Of a stretch of 64,000 bases of DNA, positions 53,818 through 64,000 are shown in pieces. The notes beneath the pieces are model-generated. The model had not been told where the DNA came from, searched no databases, and was given only the letters and a program-made list of their open reading frames with translations. The stretch comes from Octopus vulgaris. Its lineage: Eukaryota. The position numbers were made by a program, and so were the translations under genes. Numbering within the stretch: position 1 is the first letter of the stretch; every line of letters starts with the position of its first letter. The stretch spans positions 8,246,001-8,310,000 of the forward strand of contig OX597822.1 of the NCBI GenBank assembly GCA_951406725.2, given 5' to 3'.

Positions 53818-54528
53818 GGTTATGGGCGTCATAATAAAAATAGCGTAGCCGAGAACTGACTAATTCAACACCTCTTGTTCATAGCGAGTTTTAAAACGAT
53901 TTATCTGCTGCAAAGTTTCAGATCATAAAACTCCGGTGTGACGACAATCCCCTATACAGACATGGTGTATGTTACTGCACATATGTCTGCGTACTACCAC
54001 AGCTTGTTAGTAGGTAAAGCGAATACGCAAAACAAAGTTCCCGATAGTGACTTTTCTACAGTGATAACACGAGCTCCGAACTTATGAATGAAACCTTCCA
54101 AGCTTGTACCTTCAATGCACAATTTAAAGAACAAGTATTTCATTAAATTCTGGGCCATCATAAATTCACACTCGTTTCACTTATGTCAGCTATGCACTGC
54201 TGTTTGATTAGTCTGAAAATTTACTTTTGATAAAATGAATGTAATATCAAAAAAGTTTGCAAATAAATTGAATCCATTTGCAATTTGAATTTGAAATTTA
54301 TATCTCACCTTCTTCAGGATTATTTAAGAAACATACTTTATCCTTAATGAGTTAGAGGTGGTCAATGTCAAGACTATTTCTTTATTTTATTGCATCATTT
54401 AATTAAAATGGTATTTTTGCTAAATTGATAATCACAATCACGCGGTTACAGATGCAATTTATTTTCGGAATCCAAGAAAACCGATAATAAAGTAACGATA
54501 ATGACATTAAGAAAAATACATACATACT

Positions 54529-54531
<3 letters not shown>

Positions 54532-54606
<75 letters not shown>

Positions 54607-54630
54607 TATATATATATATATATATATATA
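54532..54630. repeat. (CA)n(TA)n microsatellite
   Basis: Seen directly. Confidence 0.98.
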
Positions 54631-54969
54631 ACAGTAAAAACAACTATACAGTGCAACAATGTTGTGCAACAATGTTGCGGAATGTGACATATAAAATTAT
54701 AGTCGTAAATTCATTTTTAAAAAGGGGGAGGAAGCGATGATGTGATAAGTTATCCAGTCAGTGCGAAATTTTGAACGTAAATACCTGATATCATAAATAC
54801 GCGTTTGCAATATTAGCTGACTAAATCCGCTATGTTTGCCTAAATTACATACATTGAAGCGTCTGGGGCTTTTGTTGGGGTGTTACAGTAGATGTTTTGT
54901 TACTGTTCACTTAATCGATATCAGTTGAATCATAGTCCATGTTTGTTATAGCAGTGTGGCAAGTATTAT

Positions 54970-55029
<60 letters not shown>

Positions 55030-55209
55030 GTATTTTGTGAATGTCATTTTTTTTCTTTTTGCCAAATAAACAGACGCATTATATATTCATTCATCACTGT
55101 CTTACCACTGTCCTTATTCTAACTTATGTTCATTGTCCCGAAATCTTTCAGCAACACTTTCCGTCTTCGATTTTTCCCTTGCTCTGCTTAATCCACCACC
55201 CACACACAG

Positions 55210-55290
<81 letters not shown>

Positions 55291-57495
55291 TATTTATATA
55301 TATATGACCTGGTGCGAGTGTGCATAATACTTGTAGTGGCAGTTGTAGACTAGTTTTTGATCATTTTATTGTTGATAGTGGCGGCGGTAATGGTGGGGAT
55401 GTTGACGTCTGTGATGTCATTAATATCACAGTTTCTGTATCTGTATTTTAGTTGGTGGCATAGGCGATAGTGACGAGGTGTTTATTACGATGATAGTAAT
55501 TGTGATTTTAGTTGACATCATTCACTCCAACAAGTTTATCATGACAGTGACTGTTTTAGAGAATGTTCTCTCGATAGACGCCCTGGTGGCGGTGATGGTG
55601 GCGGTAATGGTGGTGATGGTGTTGGTGCTGCTGCTTATAGCGGGAAAAGAACAAAAATGTGATTGCGTTAGGAGAAGTTTGTTTAAGAGATAGCAAGTGC
55701 AATAGTGGTGCTGGTTGTTGAAATGATGGTAGTGGACGCATTATGATAATGGTAATGCTGGGAGTATAATGAAAGATGGTATTGATGGCCGAAAGGTAAA
55801 GGTATCTGAGATATTTTTGATTATTTTCAGTTAACATCAAAATAATTTATAGTCCAATTATTTTCTAAACAGCTCATTGTTCATAACCAAAACGAATTCT
55901 ATTATGGCTAAGTTCATTAAATCAGAGTTATGCGGTAGTTGTCCATTAGAATTAAATTACCTGTCTGTTAGTTCAACAACGCAACAGAAACAACAATTAC
56001 AAGATATCACTTTCTTTTAATTTTCTGTATCTTTTAAATTATGGTTGGTATGTAGAAGAAGGTGTCTAAGAATAAATGAGGGGTGGGTTGTGGCGGATGT
56101 CTCAGAACACAGCGGAGATCGAATCATAGCAGATTCATGATGAAAGCGACCGTAACGTCCATCGTATAAAATATTTGCATAATCTAACATAGAATTAATC
56201 GTTGAAATTTAATTGTTGGTCGGATGTTTGCTGAAGTAATAGGAATGGCATTATCGATTGCAATGATAGATATGATGATGCCAGACATGGAGTATCGAAT
56301 ATGTTATGATGATGAAAGTGGTGGTGCCAATTGGAGAAAATACTGTTGTGGTGTGAGGGAGGACAATATTAAATGCAACGGCGAATATTGATGAGGTCAG
56401 TGCTAGATGTAATAGAGAAAAAATGGATATAACAATGATGAGAGACGAGATATTAGTAGTGATGGCGAAAGTGTGTGACGGAACAGGGATAATGATGATG
56501 GCTGAATAGGAACAATGTTGGTGCTAGAGATAACTCCTTAACGTCTTCAGTAGATAATGAAGCTGGCTCTTACTAAAATTGTATACTTTCCCGGTGTAGT
56601 TATTTTATTTAACACAACATAGCTAACGTCGTTGAACTTTGTGTGAATACTGTATAAAGCATTTTGTAGCTTCATTTAGTTTTAAGATTACTGTCTTCAT
56701 AAGAGAAATCGGAAACTTGAATTGTAGTTCGGGGTATATTTTCATCATTGTCATACACATACACTTACAAATACGCACACGCACAGGCACACATGCATAT
56801 ACACACACACATCTATATATATAGAGACAGAGAAGAAGAGAGATACATACATATATATGCATGTATTTATGCATGTGTATATACATATATATATATGTAT
56901 ATATACACAAACTCATACAAGCATATACACTCACACGCGCGCGCACATACACACAAACAAACATATACATGCATATGCGTGTGTGAGTGAGAGGGTATGT
57001 GCAAGGAAAACATCAAATCGAAATTCTTGAATAAGTCTGACCCTTATCTAAGTATCGATCCGCTCTTCAGCTGCATAGAGATTATTTTTATAGTTTGGAC
57101 AACTGGACAGTACCATTCAATGCAGCCGTGTCAAAAAGATCAAAAATATAAACACTACTTAGTTAATTTATACAAGTTGCAAGAGCCAGACATAGGTTCG
57201 ATTCGTACGTTAAGTCGGCACAAACACAAATAACAAATCGTCAATGTAATATTGTCACATACCTGCAGCTATGAAACGTAGAAATGAAATGAAATAAAAT
57301 AAAATATACACAGACGTATATAAACAGGAGATACAAATATTACAGGCTCTTCCCCACACGTACACACTAACTAAACATAGACACGCATACAGGTATACGC
57401 ATGCGCAAATGAAGACACCTACAATAGGAATACAAAATACAAAATGGCTGACCGTTAGTAAGGATAGACACGCAAATGAGAAAGAAGAAAGCAAA

Positions 57496-57540
57496 GGACC
57501 ACTGATGAGGTTGCAGGAGTGTGACGAAAGGACTCTGACC
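57496..57540 (+). ncRNA. Minimal hammerhead ribozyme candidate with canonical core
   Basis: ggacca CTGATGA g gttgca ggag tgtgac GAAA g ga c TC tgacc; 6-bp stem II with two GU pairs, CUC triplet, weak stem I. Confidence 0.45.
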
Positions 57541-60500
57541 TAAATAAAATTAAGATTAATGTAAAAAATAAATAAAACTGAAGCAAATTAACACCAAATA
57601 TATAGTGCGTATGTTCTTATTGGCTAAACTGGCAAAATGACCATTCCTAAATACAGAAATAAAATATATTATATCAAATAAAGAAAATACATTAAAACCC
57701 ACATTGCCAGCTAAAGAACGATAGAACATAAAATCTCAAAACGGACTAAACGGCGCAAACAAATGTTATTCAGAAAATATTATTTAAAATATAAGTTATG
57801 AACACCATAATTCAATAAAATACGGAAGCATAATGATAAGAATTTGGTTACAGGAATAACAAAGCTCAGTTTCATAAGGTAACAATCATAATAAAAAGAT
57901 AAAAACAATAACATTTCATCTTCCCAGGGTCGCTAAAATAAGAGATTAATTAAAGAACATACAAAAAAGTCAGATAATGCCATGTTAAAAACATACAGCA
58001 ATAATAAATGTTACATACAAACTCTAGAAATTATACCAAAACCAGCATTTTTACTAAACAAGCTACGGAACATGTTCAAAGCCTTAAATACTTAAAGTAC
58101 AGCGATCATACCGAAAATATTCTCAACACAAACAACATTGAACCTACGTGCTACAATACAGCCAAGGTTTCTCTTTTCACTACCAATGAGTAACAAGGAA
58201 ACACCAGTCTATATAATATAGGAGCTCAAGTTCAAAATCCACCCACTCCCAGAAGTGATGGTGTACACAATAATATCTGGGGGAAGTTGCAAAATAACCT
58301 CCAGAAATCTTAATGCCAGATGTTAAAGCTTTTCAATCCCACCAGCAGCGAACGTTTTTTATAAGTCCCAAGTGAGCCTCCAGCAAAGTACTTCTCCTAC
58401 ATATCAGACACTCCTGTTATTGCGCACTGAAAGACCCTGACTGGCATCCGGAAACGGATTACTTGAATAATTGACATTCTGCCACTACTGAACATGCAAA
58501 ATCTTCATCCAACAAGCCAGTAGTCTGAAGTCTTTGTCTTTTTTAACACTGGAATAATTTACTCTGCATCTAAGAGCTGCCTTGGCATTTTATTTACCAA
58601 CCAAACAACTACCTATTCGGTGCACTACATCTCCTCATCTCTAAGGCATCCATTGTCCTCTCAGCACTAAAGGCTATATTCCGGTTTTCCTGTCCAGAAC
58701 CTTTTACCCCTGGAACTTTCCCTCTGTTCATCATAGTTTTCCTTCAGCAGTTGACCTGCAGCAGACCAATAGCCACATCATTGTTGCCTGCTTCCGGGTA
58801 GATAATTTTATAAGCTGTATTCACTCCTCCCTTCTCTAGATTCCATAAGTAAGAAAATATAGGAACATGACAACAGAACACTTATATGAGCAAACACAAA
58901 TTATGAGTGTTTCAATATCTCGATAAACATATTCTGTATTCGTGAGGAAATGGTTAATGTACGTACACATCAACTACTAAAGGAAAACGCAGCGGGGTCA
59001 GTGGACATGAACATTGTATTACAAATGTGTGATTACTAACTAAAACCATTTACTGACATTTATTTTTGATAGTGCATAAAAAGTAGATTACTTGTCTTCG
59101 GGGACCTTTTCATAAGCGAAGCGACAATACTAATATAATCGGAAAAAGAAAACGGTTTGTTAACTCTGAACAGATTTAAGGCAAACTCCAATACTCAACG
59201 TGTAGCATATTAGTGTAGTGAAGATATCATTATTGTTTGTCAACAGTAATTACATAAATATACAAACTCGATTGAATACAGCTAATTTCGTCAACATCAT
59301 CATCATTGTCATCAGCATGATCAACATCAGCACCAATAACTACAAGATCATTATCGTTATTATGTTTACCATCATCATCACAAATGTTGTTTAAATGCTA
59401 TTGATGCAGCAAGATAATATAGTCGATTGGTGCCAACGAAACACCAGTCCTTGATTCTTTAACTGAATGTCTTAACAGATGTAAACCAACTGATTTGAAC
59501 GCAGAAGATAGATTTTCGAAAGTAAGCAATATGAACCAAGACTTCATAACAAGTTCGATATATATTCTCTTCACGGAAATGCAAATTATGGATTTTGTAA
59601 ATCACTAGGGGGAGTACAATTTATAGAATGGGTTGGAGTAGTAGAAATGTACCGCAGCAAAATGTAGATAGTTATTTTAACAACAATTATTCCTAACATG
59701 GAATAAGTTTGATTCAATCAGGAAATGAAATTGTGCACAGATCTCATCTTGTCAGCGTTACGCATAGTTCTATACAGCATTAACCAAAAATAATTTCAAA
59801 ACTGAGATATCATACTTGGAGACATGGTAAATTTTTATTTAATTAGAGACCAGTATAGCTGAACACATATGCTTTCTATTCAAACTGAAATATAGGAATG
59901 ACATGTCCAACCCGGCGGGATTGTAATCAGGCAGTGACGAGACGCCTCTAAATAATATAATGCATTTAGAGAACGCACTTGAGGTTCTGTAGTCTCATCG
60001 ACCTGCAAAGTTTCAAGTTATCCACATGACAACCGATCATTAGTTGGAAATAAATTAAGAGTTAACGGTAATATACCTAGAGGAGAGAAACGTGTTTAAA
60101 ATGAAGTCAATTAATAAATTTAGCACTGTAGAGAATCATAGTTATCTATCAAGCCGATTTAACATGTTCATTAATTTGTTTCGAGAAGAATTATAGCAGC
60201 CATAAGTGTTATGGCAATAAGAAAAGTCAACAATAACTACAGTGGTAAAATTTTGGAGTTCAAACGTTCAGTTCTTGATGCAATATTCTCAAGTATTTTA
60301 TAGAGAAATAGTGACGAAGTTATGTAATGGAAGCAGAAGCAGATACATTGGGATAATGTAAAATATATATCTAACTTACTCATAATAGTTGAAGACCATA
60401 CAATTTTAATTTAAATCACGTACATCCCCTCAATATATACGCGTATATATATATATATGTGTGTGCATATGTACATATGTATATAAATCCGTGTCTGTGT

Positions 60501-61057
60501 AATTATGTGTTACTTGTCCATAAACTCTGTTTATAGAAAAAAGACATGTACACCGAGACAGGAAATGAGCGGAATAGGGGACAACAAATCGATTTGGAGT
60601 ATATTCGTCTTCTCATTTTATTGCAGATATGGTAGTATCACATTAAGACAATTCATTCCAAAGGCCCCTTTGATGAGCCCCAAAACCTTATTTTGTTTTC
60701 AATATTTGGTAAGAAATGAACTACACAAAATCATGAAGAATTTTACCAAAGAGAGTCGTCTAGCAGTTAATTCCAGCCCACTGGAAAACGAGCAGACCAT
60801 AACACATGAATTGTAGAAAAGGCTTGGAGTACCATTAAAAATACATGCATATAAACTTATCATGTTGGTCTTTCGATATGTAACTTTTAACGGCTGACAC
60901 ATCCGACTTTTAAATGTGAAATGGCGTCGCAAAATGCGCAGAGTATCTCATCTCTCGTCGTCAGCAACATAAAATGCTGGTGTATTCCGATATTATGTTA
61001 TATTACATAAAATTATGTCATATTATGATATTTTATATATAAAGGATAAAATAACTC

Positions 61058-61450
<393 letters not shown>

Positions 61451-61872
61451 ACGTGTGTAGCTCAAATATGCCTGTGCGTATTTGTGTGAAAACAAATATG
61501 AAAATATCTTGTAAATAACTTCGTCGATACGTATAGATGTCAATAGATACATCTAGGGGAAAATCCAGGTTTTGTGATTGAGCATTTTCATAAGCCATAT
61601 TGGCTGGAAGCAGGGTGAGCTTATACTTAAATATTTAGCATAAAATATTTTTTAAATAGGCTACACAGAAGAAAGTAAGCGGTGGAGAGAAGGATCTTGC
61701 AGTTTGTGAAGAATATCATCAGTTGTTATACGATGTTAAAGAAATCAAAAGTAAAAATCTTGTTATAAATTACACATTATATATACATAAATATGTGTGT
61801 ACATCTGTGTGTGTGTGTGTGTGTGTATACCTAGATATTAAATTATATGTGTCAGTGTCAATATATATTTTG

Positions 61873-62105
61873 TTTGTTCCTTCTCGAGCCATGTCTGACT
61901 CATCAGTACCGGTTACCCGGTATCCTTGGCGTATAGGTTTCCCCACCTGGACGAGAGAAAGTTGTGAAGAAAGAGTCACCAGAAGTTCGCCGCTGCCTTC
62001 TGCCGGAGCCCCGTGGGGCTTATGTGTTTCGCTCATAAACACACACATCACCCGGTCTGTGATTCGAACAGACGATCCCCCGACCGCGAATACGCTGCTC
62101 TAACC

Positions 62106-62106
<1 letters not shown>
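61873..62106 (-). mobile_element. SINE family B, diverged short copy with a third tail
   Basis: 61952-62106 resembles 15130-15287; 61873-61951 is the module also seen at 41953-42030. Confidence 0.75.
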
Positions 62107-62107
<1 letters not shown>

Positions 62108-62140
<33 letters not shown>

Positions 62141-62148
62141 AACTCCAT

Positions 62149-62183
<35 letters not shown>

Positions 62184-62342
62184 TATACAGTTATATATTT
62201 ATAGATATAGATAGATAAATATATATCTATAGTTATGTATATATCTATATATATATATATACATATATATATATACATATGTATATATATATACATATGT
62301 ATATATATATACATATATATATACATATATATATGTATATAT

Positions 62343-62376
<34 letters not shown>

Positions 62377-62407
62377 CATATGTATATACATACATATATA
62401 TATATAA
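62108..62407. repeat. (TC)n and degenerate (TA)n/(TACA) array
   Basis: Seen directly. Confidence 0.95.
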
Positions 62408-62510
62408 TCCTCCTTTCCTTCCTTTCCTGAGCGTCCAATAACACTATACCTGTTCCACGTACTCTCGTTCTGTGTTTTCTGTTTGTGTTTTCATGCTTGG
62501 ATTAACTATG
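62408..62510 (-). repeat. Family H2 repeat, partial
   Basis: Reverse complement matches ~51305-51397. Confidence 0.8.
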
Positions 62511-62589
62511 TAAGTGTATATATAGTAGTATTAGTAACAGAAAAGAGGGATTTCGATAATCCCCACGTGGTGAGTTGTAATGTATATAA

Positions 62590-63719
62590 GAAATTAAAAA
62601 AGGAAAATACGCACACTTACATAATTTTAATATAATTTTTGATATATCGACTGGTTTCGCTATCGCTATTCATGATATTATGTTTTACTTATTTGAATAT
62701 GTATCTTTTTTTAAGAAGAAAGTTTGTCCCCATTGTGTGTGATGATATTCACGAGTGAATGACTTCACAAGTAGCTAAATAAAGGGAGGTAAATAGTTAT
62801 CGTTATTATTGTTATTGTTGTGGGTAAGGGAAATAACTCTTCAGCTTTCGGTAATGGGAGGGGAATATATATGTGTACAGACAAAGACAAGTTTCGAAAA
62901 CCTTGTTTAATGAGGGGATTTATGTACAGTGATGTAATCGTGAACTGAAATATGTAAAAATATAAAAGTTGGTTATGCGTGCATATTAAGACGTGTTCTA
63001 TATTTTTCAATGAAAAAAGTTTATTTAAACGTCCAAGTGGAGGGATTGTGTCTTTGCACTGGTAGAAGGGGAAGACTGTGAAATTTGGTTTGATGTTATC
63101 TGCACATTTTTCTATGTGTTCACTGAGAGGAAGTTGTCTGTATTGCGGGAAACGGACTTGCTCTTTCTGTAGAGTGGTTCCCTTTCTCAAGCTCATACTC
63201 GTTTGTCCAATATAGCTGTGTCTACAACTCGAGCAGGTTATTACACAAATTAGGTTCTCAGAGGCACAAGTGAAATTAGTTTTAATTGTGCACCTCTGTC
63301 CTTGTTTGAAAAGGAAATCCGAGCCTTCAAGCATGTTGGGGCATGTTCCATAGTTTGGGCGTCCACATTTTTCAGCCGTTGGTTTCGTGGTTGTTTTGCA
63401 AAGCTTCGCATTTGTTAGTAGTCCCTTTAGCGATTTGTCTTGTTCTTTGCATTTGATGAGTTTGTGTGTTGTCAGGATGTCGTTCATTTTTCGATCTCTA
63501 GTTAGTAAAGGAAGAGTTTGCACAATAGTGTTGAACGCCTCACTGTTTCTGAGGTTGTGTATTGATATAAATAGTAATGTTTTGAGTTGAGGTGTGGTGT
63601 TATGTTTTGTTGTTCCTAGTGTTATTGCGTCTAATTGTTTGGCACGTTTAATCCCCTCATCGATAAGTTAGGGTGGATATTGTCTTTCAATAAGCGTTGT
63701 TTTGAGGTATTGAAGACAA
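62590..63719 (-). mobile_element. Penelope-like element 3' part (RT thumb/linker + GIY-YIG endonuclease), decayed, 5'-truncated at (TA)n
   Basis: CGRPNYGTCP, FTCASENLICVITCSSCRHSYIGQT..LR..EH; degenerate hammerhead downstream at 62644-62678. Confidence 0.9.
62644..62678 (-). ncRNA. Degenerate minimal hammerhead at the Penelope 3' end
   Basis: Minus strand atatc ATGAATA gc gata gc GAAA ccag TC gatat; 5-bp stem I, GUC triplet, mutated core. Confidence 0.5.
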
Positions 63720-63965
63720 TATATATATATATATATATATATAACACGTGTAGAATGAAATAAAACGATTTCTGTTCAATCTGCGTTCAGCTCCATTTCT
63801 TCAATTCACCAATAATATTTTAATTTCAATTATCCGCACCAACGCACGGTTGCAACACCATATGGTTGTACCTCCAACCGTGCTGTTTACTGCTGTGATT
63901 TTTGCTACTAAGGTATCGGTTAAACTTTTGATTAATCTACTACAAGATTGTTCATCTTTCTATTT

Positions 63966-64000
<35 letters not shown>

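Noticed and set aside
55330-56520. Strand-biased GAT/GGT-rich region with hydrophobic or His-rich ORFs
   Set aside because: Decayed trinucleotide low-complexity DNA.
58200-58800. GC-richer block that may be a decayed element (also 28260-28700, 45297-45395)
   Set aside because: No motif or second copy in the window to support a call.
61880-61910. Minus-strand CTGATGAGTC..GGCTCGAGA hammerhead-like string
   Set aside because: No GAAA box, and the paralogue at 41953-42030 lacks CTGATGA; it is a tail hairpin.

Overview
AT-rich, microsatellite-dense eukaryotic (animal) DNA, made up almost entirely of transposable elements and simple repeats. The repeat content suggests an octopus/cephalopod intron or intergenic region; this is inference, not verified. 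No intact host gene was recognised. Main contents: (1) an ~8 kb head-to-tail array of R4/Dong-type RLE retrotransposons of two families inside (AAT)n tracts, including a ~1 kb internally deleted copy that keeps both ends and an in-frame fusion ORF; (2) several tRNA-derived SINE families, one sharing its 3' tail with a CR1/L2-group LINE in the window and one with interchangeable tails; (3) a full-length decayed mariner; (4) two divergently oriented non-autonomous Helitrons; (5) a MITE inside a (TAG)n tract; (6) Penelope-like GIY-YIG remnants and a probable L1/Tx1 remnant; (7) about seven minimal hammerhead-ribozyme-like motifs, three of them in a dispersed short repeat family with a shared non-canonical core (U at position 6). 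Most ORFs in the supplied track are microsatellite artefacts. Coordinates were read by eye; boundaries of decayed elements are approximate.
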